DNA from: Dicyema japonicum
Lineage: Eukaryota; Animalia; Dicyemida
Length of the DNA: 64,000 bases
Reading direction: 5' to 3'
Assembly: GCA_011109175.1 (NCBI GenBank)
Contig: RDEW01000003.1
Location: 1,099,071-1,163,070 of the forward strand
Both the position numbers and the translations under genes were made by a program. The notes under the pieces are model-generated. The model saw nothing but the letters and a program-made list of their open reading frames with translations. It had not been told where the DNA came from and did not search any database. This document shows, one piece after another, positions 38,201 to 52,899 of the stretch (the stretch's first letter is position 1; each line of letters opens with the position of its first letter).

Positions 38201-41200
38201 AATCTCTTAGTCGCTCTGAATGCACGTTGTAATGATAACACGTTGATGGAAAATTTTGGCGGTTTTTTTAGTTCGTTGAGCGATTACGACAAAATTGCCC
38301 GCCTAAAATCAATTTCTGTAATTTGTCGTTTATCATTAAGATTCTGGATATGATTTTTGAAGTGAATTTTCACCCAGAAAAGGGATGCTTTTTATCAAAA
38401 ATCGCCTCAAATAAGTCCTTTGTTAATTGTATTCCCCAAATTCTCAACCATTTTTTCGCAGTAACATATTATTCTAAATCTAGGCCTTAAACGTTGAATC
38501 TGACTTATTCATGGTTGAAAAATATTTAACATTCGTCACAAAATCTGTAAATCTTTTAGAAAACGATATTAATGCATGATTGCTTATTTTATACATTTAG
38601 ACTCTTCAGACTGGCTTATAAGTCGCCACGTTGTCTTCGATTTCCCTACAAATATTCACATGTTGACAATTTTGAGTGATTTCTATGTCACTTTGTTGGT
38701 TTTCAATGTATTTAAATTTTAGCGGGAAAAATCAGCCGTTTTTAACAATCACTCCTCCCTTTTGGCTGTTGTCATGCTTTCCTGTCATTTCCCTGAGTTT
38801 AAGCAATTGCTCAACGAGGAACCAATTAGTGGATGTCTTGCCAGTCTAAAATTGCCTGAATGGCTGGCTATCAAAGTCTTGGTCTCCCAGGTGGACCTTG
38901 AAGTTCTCAATTTGAACGGTTTTGTGCTCGCCTGATCTTTAGCCTTGGAAAGTATTAATGCTGAGACCTGTACTCTCATTACCAATACAATGGTCCTTCC
39001 TGACCATAAGCTTGCCTTCCTCCAAGAATATCTCTCACAGACAGACCCACGTGGGCCAACCGGCATAGATCCCGAAGAGTCAGTTTTGAAATGCGAGGAA
39101 GCAATGGACGTTGAACAGAGTCCTTTACCAAGTGGTGATCAAGTGTATACTGGGAGTTCCTTGGCTCAGCTAATGAGTGAAAGTGGGTCCTCTAAATCAG
39201 AACTTGTTGACTATTTGCAGGTAGTTCCTCCTCTATATATCTAAGATCCACTCAGAACCACGTGACCCCTTCTAACTTATTCGAGGATATTATGGCTGTA
39301 TATTCCTTAGTAATAAACAGGCATTGAACCTTCTTGGAGTGAGATTCTTTGAGCAATTGCAGCAGTTTGACCGAAAAGGCTTGCCTAACCTGACTACTCT
39401 GTTTGTGCACGTGCTGTTTCTCCACATTGTAGTAATGTGCTGATATTGAAGGAACTTGACGGGTGGAATGAAGTTGTATCAGAGTTACTGACCAATTCTC
39501 CCATGAATTGTAGTCTCTACAACAAAATTGTAACCAGACTGCAGAAATTTGGATTGAATGTCCAATCCTTCCTCTCAAGTGGGGAGATCATTGGTATTTC
39601 TTTGTTATGACGTAGACGACGAAGACAGGCCAATCTTGGAAGAGATGGATGTTAAAATTGAGTTGTTTTGTTGATTTACTTAAAGAAACGACCTGTTTTC
39701 GATTGAAGGCGTCTTAAACGACGAAATTGTGCTGGCTGACCAGGGTCGATTCTTCGGGGGAATCCTTTCGGCTGGGAAGTTGGGGGATCTGGTGAAGTTC
39801 TCTCGTCAGCTCGTTCTTAAGCTGAAGAACATTGACCATCAACATGTAATGAACTTCTTATCTGAAGTCCTCGCACGTGTTAAGGTAGCATTATGCTGTT
39901 ACCTAGCGATTGGACGTGGCTGAGTTTCCCCCTCTTCCTAGAATAGATTATGTGTTGTGTCACGTTCTTAACGAGTGCAGACAGCTTAACAGTCTCGAGC
40001 CAATTTCGCGCCGGTTTCCTATTTTGCTTGACCTGATCGAGTTTGGCGGGAATTTTAGGTTATTAAAGCTTTGTATCTCCGAAATACCATGGTATTCTGT
40101 CTCATCCATTTTTTTAGCCAAACTTACAAGAGGTTGCTGATTTCCAGATTCTACACTGCCTTTCCAAAGATATTCCCCCCGTTTTTTGAGGACTTCACTG
40201 AAATTGGGGTAAATGTCTCCTTTAAGACCGCGGATTCTGTTATGAGAAGACTTCTGGTACTCCTCAGTGTCCCTGAAACGGGCCTGAAAGCCAAGAATCG
40301 CATGCAAAAGGCCGCCATGATCTGCAAGAAGGTTGGACTGAGCCACCCTGTTTTGCTTTTGCAGTAATATTGTTACTTATACGGTTATTTGGGGCATCTG
40401 GCTTCCATATTGGCTGGGAGAGGGAACTTTACCTTCAATGAACTCACTTCAAAGCACAACTACCACCTGTTTGCTCACGTGGTCGGACTACTTGAGTTTA
40501 TACTCGATCAGCGTCCAAAAGTTTCGGATGTTTGCGACATTTGTACTTGCTTTATCGTCCTTATTGATGTTTGTATGTTAACTCACCTGGTAGACTCAAC
40601 TTGAGACCAAGAATCCCCAAGGGATTAACGGAATTATGTCAATTGTGGTCAAACTGGTGTCTTTGATGTATAAAATTTACTGCATGTGGCCTGAGGAATC
40701 AAAATCGTTGGCTAACAAAGCCTTGGAGTCTTTAGGTTGTTTTCTGTGTCGTATGTCTTTAGGAACTATGCCAATGCCGTTTCAGGTTCTCACTCTATCA
40801 GTGAGGGGGTCAGAAGGCTTCAGTCGACAATTTCCGCCACAGATCGTGGGCCTCGTTATCTTCGCGTTTTGGAAAAGAGGGAAAAAATGACGAAAAAACG
40901 AACAAATTTTCCCGCGTCATTGAACCCTACTGAAAGATGTTATAAAAGTATATTTGGTTTAATGTTAGAATTGCTTGCCAAGTTAGTTAATTTGGATGAT
41001 CTTTCTAAACGTAGACTGCACGTTTTGGATGAATTTAAGGTTTGTGGTCTGAGTTAGTTTAGCCTGAACTGATTAGTTTGTACAGTAATTCCACTGAGGA
41101 GGTTAGAACTATTTCCTCGCGGTTGATTATGCGTAATTTGATTATCAACCCTGATGAGAGGTTTGCTAGGGAATTTTTTGGTCAAAAAGTGAGGCATGAA

Positions 41201-41377
41201 ATCGACAATTTGAATCTTCCTGAAATGATGATTTTCTGTGGAGGTTCCGATTTGGGGTAATTTGTAGACTCCAGTGCTCAATTGGTGGCAGATTTGTGTG
41301 ATTTGTGTATAAGGATGAGTATTCCCATCGACTTTGGTGACATGATTAGGACGCTTACATTGAAATTTAATTGTTGA
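35292..41377 (+). CDS. INTS1: Integrator complex subunit 1 (multi-exon; exon boundaries not fully resolved)
   Basis: VAVINILLWSFNDLKEWPVFIMEVY resembles LACNLLMAAYEEDENWPEIFVKVY. VKLFVSYRLEQWIQNPK resembles VRLLAVQKLEMWLQNPK. About 6 kb of helical-repeat-like ORF segments separated by short GT-AG gaps. Confidence 0.8.
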
Positions 41378-41639
41378 CTTGTTTTTTATTGCAAATAAAT
41401 TTTTATAATTATTGTTAATGGATATTGAAACAAAGTGATAAGTGTCATATAATCATTATCACAATTGTGAGCACATATATTATATTCATTGCAAGACTTC
41501 GTTGACAAAGTCGAATTGACTTTTTTTCTTGACCATTGCTTTGCTTACCAAACTAAAGGGAAAATGAAAAATATGAATATTACGATTCTTAAGACAAAAT
41601 TGATTTATTTATTTAAAAACCAAAAATTACAGCTAAGTT

Positions 41640-41900
41640 AGAGAGGAAACACGGCCACTAAGTGATTCCAGATTCTCTTAGTAGCCTTCTCAATTTTTCT
41701 CGATGTTCCTCCTTCGATCCAACGCACTTTATGTAAGTTCGGTGAACACACCTGGTGCCTTTGGGGTATCATTTGAGCGTCCGTTCTCTTCATGTGTCGC
41801 TGTAACAGGATAGTCGAGAAACGTTGGAGGGTTTTTGTAGCTGTTGCTTGGAAATCGGAGACCTTTAGGTTTGTTTTAGATAGGGCCGTATTCCATGCAG
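41640..41900 (-). mobile_element. I-group-like LINE 3' remnant
   Basis: ORF ends EEHREKLRRLLRESGIT*; homologous to 2010-2230 and 4780-4975. Confidence 0.55.
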
Positions 41901-43095
41901 CTTATTCATAATACACATGACTGATCCCTTGGAGCTTCCCCTTTTGGTTGTTACTTTTATGTTTGCCACCGGTTTCCTCCACTTGAAAGGACTGGAGGTA
42001 AACTAAATTATTAACATGTAGACATGTAGGAAACTGGCAACCGTCTAAAAACGCACCACTAAGACAAGAAGCTCCCAGATATCCATTACTCGTACTTTGT
42101 TTTAATGACATCTGTTTTTCGATGAATAAATAAAAGGTGGTTGCCTGGATACATAGCAATTGAATAAATGCATCCAGTTCCCACCGTCGATGAAGCGGAG
42201 AGTTCATCCAATGAGAAGAAAGGAATAAAATTTCAAATCCTAGATGTTATAAGAACCTATCTGAGGAATTAACCAATTGAGTTATGAGATCAAGTGATCC
42301 CCTGCCACTGGGCGCCTCCTGAGACAGGTGGATGACATGAGGAAACTCTAGTAGAACAAAGTAAGATTAAAAACAGAGGAAGGGAGAGAAACATGAGAGG
42401 AAGGATAGGAAACAACGGCGCATTGCAGAAGGGAAACATTCTAATTACTAAGCTACCTGGTCGACGAAAAAATTAGAAGAGATAACTTCCAACTTATCCA
42501 AATCCCATGAGAATCAATCAATTCTCTTCTCCCCATTCTAATGAAATGTCCTAGTAATAACCAACGCCAGTTTCCAAAGTAATTCGAAACAGAAATTAAC
42601 TCTTCCACTTTGTGTCCAGTCACCATACTCTCTAGAGCCTTTTCACCCATCTAACGATGATAGCCAGAAGAAAAAATATGAGACCATAGAAAGACGTTTA
42701 GTCTTCAAACTCGCTACAGCTAAAACATCGGAGATTCTTTTATCTAAATCTATCCCCCTGATATAATTTATCGATATTAAATGGAAGAACCACTTGGGTT
42801 CACATCACAGATTTACTATACATATACGCCACTTGGCAAGAGTCAGTAAGAATACCAATTGACGATGACCATTCTATCATGTGTAAACTATCGATGGTCT
42901 CTGAGTCAAATCCAAAGGATGAGTATTTTCAGGTTGCTCCTTGGCAGAGTGGGAATTTGGGCAGTCAGAATGATCTGTTAATGCGATATGTGGAGCAAAA
43001 AATAGGTTGATGTACGTTACGTTCCCACGTGAGAGTATAATTAAAAAAATAACAAGTAAGAAAAATATGTTGAGATAAAACTATCAATTAAAAAA

Positions 43096-43167
43096 CTCCC
43101 CCGCTGGGAATCGAACCCAGGTCACCGCGATGACAACGCGGTATACTAACCACTATACTACAGGGGA
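43096..43167 (-). tRNA. trnD-GUC: tRNA-Asp(GTC), identical to 19101-19172
   Basis: 72/72 identity by eye; poly-T terminator. Confidence 0.95.
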
Positions 43168-43719
43168 CACTTTTATTCTTCCTCACTCATACTTCCATCC
43201 TCTTCGTAGTTAATAGTTTAGGCAGTCATGGTTTGGGTATTCCTTTCCTCAATTCGACATTCTTACTCTCAAGCAAACATCATTCGTCAACTGCATGTCT
43301 TTCGTCGATCATTCGATGTCCACATCAGTTTATTGTGGCCAACCCATATTTATAATACTCTCTGGGCAGTGACAATAATACTGATTGACTTGACATTAAG
43401 CTAATATAATCAGATTATCAGAACTGATCCACTTGTGATTATTATTGTTTCTGGACTACTGGGTTAATAGAGAAAGAATATCCCATTTAATTGAGTGAAA
43501 CCAGTGGGGACGGGAAACTTGAAGAGCTCTCCGTAATAGTTTCGAGTAGTTTTTGAGATATTTGATTAAGGTGTCGTAGAGGGGATGCTTGGTAGGTTTC
43601 CCTCCTGACAAATTTAAATTGTCTTCAAGTAAAAGTTCTCCTGAGTCAGAGTCGGAATTAGAGTCGAAGACTGAAAGTTGGTGGCTTACTGAAATGGCCA
43701 TCGACCAGATATAATCGTG

Positions 43720-44200
43720 AAGACTTCTTTCATGATGATGTTAGCTGGGGTGTCTTGTTCCATTCTTAGAATGTGACCAAACAGTTTCCAGCGCATCTTC
43801 ATGCTCAAGGTGCTCAGAGGTCTAGAGGAGCATCTTTTATACAATCACTCCTTTTACGTATTGCCCACTTTAGTTCTAAGAGAGACCCAAGTTGCTTTCT
43901 ATGAAAGTTCGAGATCTCCCATGTGCCATAGTTGTAAGGATCGGTTTTGTGAAAGCCTCATACAACCTAAGGTGGAGTGATGGGTAAACTGGACGTCTTT
44001 GGATCCATCCTTCATAGATTTTGCGTAGTCACCGTGGATAATAATTTCCTCTTCCCACTGTCTTCTGAGTCCCCGAAAAGGGAACCAACCTTTATGGTCT
44101 TCCTCCAGTTTTCAGTACTTTGTGGTTCCATCCGCTTTATTTCGAAGATATCCGTTTCGAAGTAGTTTTGCAAACCATGGAATCAGAGTGTCCCCCGTGG
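43720..44200 (-). mobile_element. RTE LINE C-terminal remnant
   Basis: NWRKTIKVGSLFGDSED, RLYEAFTKPIL, FHRKQLGSLL, MRWKLFGHILRM. Confidence 0.75.
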
Positions 44201-44369
44201 CTGCTTGGAAGATTCTATCCTTGGCAGATAATATAATTTTCATAAGAAAGAATGATACAACGTGGCATATCACCAATGCCAGTAAAAATGGAGAAACCTG
44301 AGGTATTCAATTGAGAATGAGACGATTTTTTATTCCACGTGGTCACACTTCACTTGGAATAGTCGTCCA

Positions 44370-44605
44370 CTTATAAGAGCCATATTAACTATAGCTCCTC
44401 CCGGGCAAGACACACACTTTAAGTAAAGAGCAGTTATGATTGCTAATCGTAGAGGGAGAACCAAGGAATGCTCTTTATTTTTTTCTTTTGTTTCGTGTGA
44501 GTTTTTTATAGACGATCCAGTTCCGCAGTGAAATGTTCACTGATAACGGCCTCACTCGCCAAGTCAAAGCATTGTAGATGCGTGGAACCTTCACCTGTTC
44601 AGCAT
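44370..44605 (-). mobile_element. SINE copy lacking the tRNA head
   Basis: Reverse complement contains TGAAGGTTCCACGCATC, the core and the tail GGAGCTATAGTTAATATGGCTCT. Confidence 0.8.
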
Positions 44606-46029
44606 AATTAGATAAGTAATCGGGAGACACAACTATCACAGGGGTGGTTATTCTCACCAAGAGCGTTTCCAGACGATACTGGTGAAAAAAGGGGAGGTAC
44701 TCTCTTCTAACGACATGGGATGGCATCATAACTTAGCGGAAGTGGATAGATATATCCATGTTTGAGAGTGTCTCCCGTAATGCTCACAGTTCAGGATCTC
44801 TTGTTCGACAAACTGTGAAGAAGCAAACGAGAATTGTAATCTTAGATAGATGAAGTTCCACTGAAGGTATTCGAGACAGTTGGGGGTGAATAGAAATATC
44901 AATGTTTATTTCTAACACTGCGTTGAAAAGAACACAAAAAATGTCCCTTGATACACGTCGACAGTGCTCTCCCTGGAAACCAACTGTGGAAGAGACAAAC
45001 GAAGGTATTGAAGAAAGTAAATTAATCCATTTGAGTGTGGTATTCTATCCCCAACATCAAAAATATAGTAGATCCTCAACTTTCTGGACGGCAACCTTTT
45101 GCCAGAGCGCGACCAACGAAAAAATTATTCTGATCCCTAACAAAGTCCTCTCATGGAAAATAAATATATAGATCTTGGAAAGACTGATGGTGGACCAGGA
45201 CATGAGAAGCAGTGTCCCCTCCTCTGGTCATAAAGAAAGCAGGCAGGGGAGAACAACTAAGTAGCTAATTTTGTACTTGTAGTCTTTAAGTCCGCATAGT
45301 GAGCATAGCGGAGGCGCACAGTGAACACGAACTTCTCAAGGTGAAGAAATTTCACTTCCATCTATGTTCGTGAAGGACGTCACAGAAACTTGTGATACCA
45401 AGTCTTAGGACAACCCAGCCATAGATCACTTTGAAAAGTGAAGGAACGATTACTCGCATCACCTAGCAACAAAATCAATAAATATTTCATTAAAAAAGTT
45501 TTTGCTTATTAATGTCTCTAATAGCGGAGGGTTACATAAATTTTAAAACTTTTTTGGAAACTAACAATACGCTCTTCTCGTGGTAGAAACATCTGGAGCA
45601 GTCAGACCCACGTCTTCCTCCTTCCTCGGGCGACTGGGTAGTATAATCTCGAATCACTGAGGTAACCTCAAAGAACGGTTCTGTCTGTTCTAACTCATTT
45701 CTCTCAGTCCATAGAGTCTATAGCCACTGATAAGGCCTACGGTCTTCTAACTTCTAATGACGAATGGAAGTTGGCTAATATGGGGACTGTTTCAATTTCG
45801 TCACAATTGCATTTTAAACTTCTGTTATAGCCGGGTCTGTCACCAGAGGTAATCTCCAATAGAATTTAAGCGTGATCTCCGCTGATCTCCTCCATGCTTG
45901 GTTCTGTGAACTTCTCGAATTGCCATCGTTCGCGGCAATGCTCACTGTCTCTTGCAGGTGGTGTCTGATTTGTTTCATTTATCAAACAATTGTTTTACTA
46001 AATTTGAATAATTGATGAGTAATCATCCG

Positions 46030-46290
46030 ATCGGTTTAAGACACCTGGAGCAGCTGCTTCGACTGCGGAGAACCTAAAAATCAAGAAATATTCTTGCCTC
46101 GGGGATCGTTACCGATTTACTCCTGTTGCGACCGAATCATCGGGAGCCGTTGGTCCAATGACGGCTGAGTTCTTGCGAGAACTCGGAGGATTGCTTGCCA
46201 GAAAGAAAAGGGATCAACGAGAAGGGTTATGGCTAAGAAAAAAGATTGGAATAGCCATACTCCGAGGGAAATCGTCCGCAATCCACGCAT
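46030..46290 (+). mobile_element. CRE-clade REL endonuclease 3' remnant
   Basis: AASTAENLKIKKYSCLGDRYRFTPVATESSGAVGP...WLRKKIGIAILRG. Confidence 0.75.
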
Positions 46291-46716
46291 CAGGCTTCCT
46301 CAACTGAAATTTGTTTAATTGTTAAAAAAATTATTTTGTAAAAAAAATCATCCGATTAAGCTTTAATGTTGATATTCCACTGATATAACAATAATCGATA
46401 TAATCAGGGATAGGGAAAAAGCAAGTTCTCTAAACTTCGGATAGATCAATAAAGAGTACGGATTTGGTCCAAAATACAGAATACCATCAAAGTATGAAAA
46501 TTATTACTTTATATCTGGATGGAAGAGAAGTTAGAGATCTCTTTGCTTGCCATTGACCACCAGGAAAGTGAAGGATCTCTGTGAGTGCCTGTCTTGGCGA
46601 CACGCTCCATAATGGCCGTCAACTTCCTACATGTCAGCAAAGCTGGGGTTAACAATATTATTTGAGAGTTACCTTCGTGATAGTGAGTCTCGAAAAGTCA
46701 GCATGTTGTTCTAGGG

Positions 46717-47762
46717 TAGTGTTTCTTAACGTGGTCCCCAGAAATATTTTTAGGTCAATTAATTTTTATGACTAAAAAAATATTTAATTTTTATTATTTA
46801 TTCGCATTAGAATATTTAATTATTATTCCACGTGTTTTTTGTTATTTGATTGTAATGGTTAATCGCAAATGGATTGATTCTAATGTTCAATATGGATTCG
46901 ATAAAGCGCAGTGTATGATATGCGACGTCATAATGGGAAACAACTCTTTGAAGTCGTCGAAATTAAAAAGACAACGAAAAAACTCACCCACAAGATGTTG
47001 ACACTGTCGAAAGTTTTATTGCAAAGAGAACTAAATATGATAAATCTGGTAAACTTAGTGATTTCGGATTTAGACCAATGGATGGACCATGTCTGCTAGA
47101 GCTTCACATGAGGTATTAATAATTGAAGCATTTATTTTAGATATCTTTAATTATTGCCAAAAAAAAGTATCTCACTCATTTGGAGAATATTTAATAAAAC
47201 CTACCTCTTTGACAATGGCAAGAATATTGAAATAAAATTGAAGATTATTTCCCATTTACTGAACCAATTGCGACTTTGATAATACACCCTTTACTCCGGA
47301 AACCAATAAATTAATTTACGACGGCCAATAAATTGATTTCCAAGAACAGTTGATTGAATTGCGAAATTCTCAGTTTTGCAAGTTGACATGTAATTCGCTT
47401 TCGATTATGGAATTCTGGATTTCTGTTTTTAAAGAATATCTATTCTTAAGTAAAAATCCACTGGAAGTGATAATTCCCTTTCCAACCACATATTTATGTG
47501 AAATGGCAATGTCTTGTTATTCTGAAAAGTAAAGTTCGCAACCGACTTAAAGTGGAAGACGATATGAGAATGGCACTCACCAACATTGTACCAAAAATTG
47601 AATAGCTAGTTTCTGAAAAGCAGGATCAAAAATCACACTAACTCTAAATATTATGATTTTTAATTTTGTTAGTTTTTTTATTAAATTGTTTTGCTACATG
47701 TGGTCCCCAGAAAAACTCAACAGACTAAAGTGGTCCCATCTCAAAAAGGTTAAGAAACACTG
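46717..47762 (+). mobile_element. Non-autonomous hAT (Buster/SPIN-like) deletion derivative, 1046 bp
   Basis: TIRs (T/C)AGTGTTTCTTAAC; 8-bp TSD TTCTAGGG/TTTTAGGG (46709-46716 and 47763-47770). BED-finger start (KAQCMICDVIMGNNSLKSSKLKR) joined to the C-terminus (PFPTTYLCEMAMS). Confidence 0.88.
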
Positions 47763-49436
47763 TTTTAGGGTTTCCCTTCTATGATTTCAACAAATTCAGT
47801 CACGCTTAGGTTAGGCGTCTCTTCAGAAATCGCCTGAAAGAAAAACGTGAAACTGTTTAAAAGAGAATCCTCAGTTAATTGAGTGATTCCAGAGTGACAA
47901 GGAAGGACGATACTCGGGAGGATGGCCATGTGTTGCTCTCCCCATTGAGCATTGAGTCAGCTCATATTTGGAGAGTTCGAGAAAGTTTTATAGAACAAAT
48001 GTCTTCAGTTAACTAAATGATCCCAGATCGACTGGAAGAAGCCGATATGGGTTTTCTATACTGCTTTTCTCATTAGACATAGTGGTGTCAGTTCGTATTT
48101 GAAGAGTTTTTGAGGTATCCTAGTAGGATTTTGTAGAAAAGGCTGTTTGGAAGGTTGATCGCCCTTAAGAATTTTCTGTAACGAGAATTCCTTAGAGATA
48201 AGCATAGTGACTCTTTATATAGATTATATGTTCGACTTGCATATTAGAATGTGGATACATTGTTGAGTGGTAACAATGAATTGAGTACTTTAGTAATATT
48301 GGATTCCATTCTCTTAGTTGAGTATTATCGATATTAATTTATTCTAGAAAGTTCTTTATTCTAGAAACTTCAAATTCCCTCTTTATTTCTACTACAATCA
48401 TTTAATATGAAATTGATCAACTACTAATAATTAAAAAAATAGGATAATTTAGTATTTTTCCCGCCCTCGTAATTTATTAAGTTTTCCGATTTATCATGAA
48501 AGCAATTGAGAGAATTTATTAATTTTCCCGCTTTGAGCAACTGAAGGATCCATTAGGTATCTAAGACACCACACTAAAAGAATTGAACTGTTATGCTCAA
48601 ACACTATTGAGGTAATAAAATCAGAACTTGGCTAGTATTGTCTTGCATGCCTTATTCTACATCAACAAATGAAAGCGGAGCTTGACTTAGAGCTTCCACA
48701 TGCGCTTCCCTCAAGACACCAATGGATAACGACTTTATATGAATAGAAGTATGCGTCCGCATCGAATTGGACATTTCCGTAGATCACCGTTATTGATCCA
48801 TAAGGACGGTAGAGGTGAAAAGTTTTCTCGCCCTCAACTATCGAGTGAGTTCTGGAAGATGTCTGAGGCATAGACCCATCAGTGGAATTTTTGGATGGGA
48901 CTGAAAGACAAAGACGTATTGCTTACACCTCCAGTTGTCTCGTCAGCGATCATGAGGAATAAGAACCGGTCCCGGAGCCCTCGTGTATCTTTCCTTTAGA
49001 ACAGCCGTATTACGAATAATTAAATTCTTGAAATGTACAGAATTTGAAAATTATGACGATCTTGTGAGAGCGCTTGCTTCCGATGGTAAAATTATCATAT
49101 TATTGTGGTTGATAACCGAGAACGAATTCCTAAAAAGCTTGATATCTAAGACAGTATGTACAGAAATCGACATTCCATTAATTTTAAATCTTAAAAAGAA
49201 TTTATCTTCACACAAAAGTATTTCCACGAAAAAATATTCAAAAATCATGCAATCAATAAAAAATGTGGTTTATTTTAAATAATAATTTTACAATAATTAA
49301 AAATAATATTAAAAATGAGCTGACGGAAAGAAAATTTTGGAATATATTTAATTACTAATATTATACAATTAATTTAATTTTATATGGCAAACCTAAAAGC
49401 ATAATAAAATAAGGTCGCGCTGGATACAATAACGAG

Positions 49437-50848
<1,412 letters not shown>

Positions 50849-51409
50849 TTTAACTTAGTTATGAGTTCTGTTTCTGATTAATTTACTAATTTGGGTTTTC
50901 ACTGTTTCTTTGGATACTTTTGGTTACCTTAGTATTCTGGTTTTCTCAGCTTGAGATTAATTCAATATTTTTTTTCGGTTGATTTTTAGTTATTTCGCTG
51001 TTAATTAAACTTTATTTTTTGTTAGCTGTTATCTAATTCTTAGGCGTATTTCGATTAGTTTATGGATTTGGTGGGTTTGGCGTTTCTATGGTATTGGGAA
51101 TTGATTGCCTTTGGTTAGTTTCCTTGTTACTGGTGACAATGGTTTTTTTGCTAAGGAAACCCGGTTGCTAGGTCAACAAAAGATGGTTGAGTAGATCAAG
51201 CATGCTTAGACATATTAAATATCAATGGATAATGCCATTGTTTGCAATTAAACTTTTAATCGACAATTAAAGTACAAATCTATTTTGCTATAGTTTTTTA
51301 TCATACAAAACAATCAAGACATTAATCTATACTGACTTTATGTTTGAAATAGAATAATATTGGCATATGAACATAATTTGGATTATCTTTATTTGCAACA
51401 GAAAAAAAC

Positions 51410-51600
51410 ATTAGTAACAAATCACGCTACAGTTGCCAAGAGACAGCGGGCATTGCCGTGAACAATGACTACACCCAGCGGTGTAAAAACCATCGCTGTT
51501 CGCGAGACTCTTTGATCGCATCCCAATTTCGTTAATGAATTTTGTACTCATTTCCCAACAGCTCCAGAGGTTTCGAAGGCGATTGGGACGAAGTGGAAAC
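51410..51600 (-). mobile_element. CRE-clade REL 3' remnant
   Basis: FHFVPIAFETSGAVGK...KFINEIG...VIVHGNARCLL. Confidence 0.7.
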
Positions 51601-52439
51601 AATCTAAAAGCCTTTCTTCGATTAATTCTGTTAACCACACTTAGCATTTTGTAACATGTCCTTGAAAATGACAGCCAGTCAATAACAGCTTGATCAAAGA
51701 ACCTTTTATCTATTCTAGTAATTTAATTTGTTAACTCCGGATACACCCAGAAAGATGTTATAGTTAACGAATGTATCCAGTTCACATGGTCGCTGAAGAG
51801 AGACCTTCCAATATAACATAAGAGTCCATCCAGAGCCAGTTGAAGAGACGGAAAACATTCAGTCCTTACTGTAGTGGGAATCACTTCAATGGAATGGAAA
51901 GAGAATAATCCTTTTTCGTGCAACCCTGTCACTGACCGTCACTTGATATAGATGAATAACATGAAGCCACTCTAGTAGGACGAGAAAAGAGAAGAAACCT
52001 CTGATTAAGAAGCCAGAGAATGAGAAATCGAACGCATGGAGCATTGTTAAAGGATGACAGGAGATGACTTAGCTAATTATCATTAATTCAGGACATAGAC
52101 CTGCCTAAAGATAGTTTGTTGGTTCAATTATTCTTGAATATGATTTTCATCAAAAGTAGGTTTATTTTTTGTAGTTTAGTTTTTTTTATAAATGTAAGCT
52201 TTCATGTTTTTTTTAAAATTTTTATAATTTCTTTTTTATAATGTAACCTTTCAGCGATTGCTGTCGAGATAACCGGAGCGATAAGTCCCTGGTTTTTTCA
52301 AGAAACTCGGACTTATCGCCTCGCTCAGAAGCCATGATGACTGCGAAACGCAATGGTTCATCAAGTTAGTCTCATACCTCTCCAAAGGGGAAACGCCGCA
52401 TCAATAAAGTCGGTGGGAATTAGTTCCTTGTCGTAATAA

Positions 52440-52700
52440 AGTCGGTGGGCTACCTGATCGAAGATTTCTCTTTTTTCCCTCTTGGATCCATTTTGTTCTG
52501 GAGACGCCCAATGCCTGGCCGGCATCCATAAAGGATCCATCTCTTCATTCCACCGGAAACAATTTAACTTCCCGGCGACGAGTTCTGAAATCGACCTTAG
52601 CTCACCAGACAACGCTCTCTGGATCACTGAGAGTTCTGCTGGAAGGCGTCAGGATGAAAGAAATAGCTTAGTTTTACTCTTGTCTTTGAATAATCTAATT
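52440..52700 (+). mobile_element. I-group-like LINE 3' remnant
   Basis: YLIEDFS / SGDAQCLAGIHK segment homologous to 4390-4660. Confidence 0.55.
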
Positions 52701-52899
52701 TATTCTCAAAATAATTAAATAACAGCAGATCTCCGTGAGCGTTACTGGCTATTTGAGTGAATCTCCCCATCATGAGAGGGAATAGCCACGCAGTCAGGCG
52801 TCCCTGTATGACGCCAGAGTAATTGAATGGTTCCGGTATTCTTCAAGACGGAAGCAATGCATCTCCGGTTTTCGTATAGTGTCCAGCCATTGATCGGTA

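Noticed and set aside
41257-41274. 18-nt intron in INTS1
   Set aside because: An alternative 24-nt GT-AG intron in the same region also restores the frame; this cannot be resolved without RNA data.
48662-48871. Merlin/ISXO2-like transposase
   Set aside because: No convincing DDE motifs or TIRs; other frames look like RT debris.
48983-49282. 99-codon ORF upstream of tubulin as a gene
   Set aside because: Non-ATG start, AT-rich and no recognisable family.
52361-52627. Retroviral integrase C-terminal-like motif (LWMPARHW)
   Set aside because: It is the antisense reading of the LINE 3' remnant (SGDAQC family); no integrase core is present.
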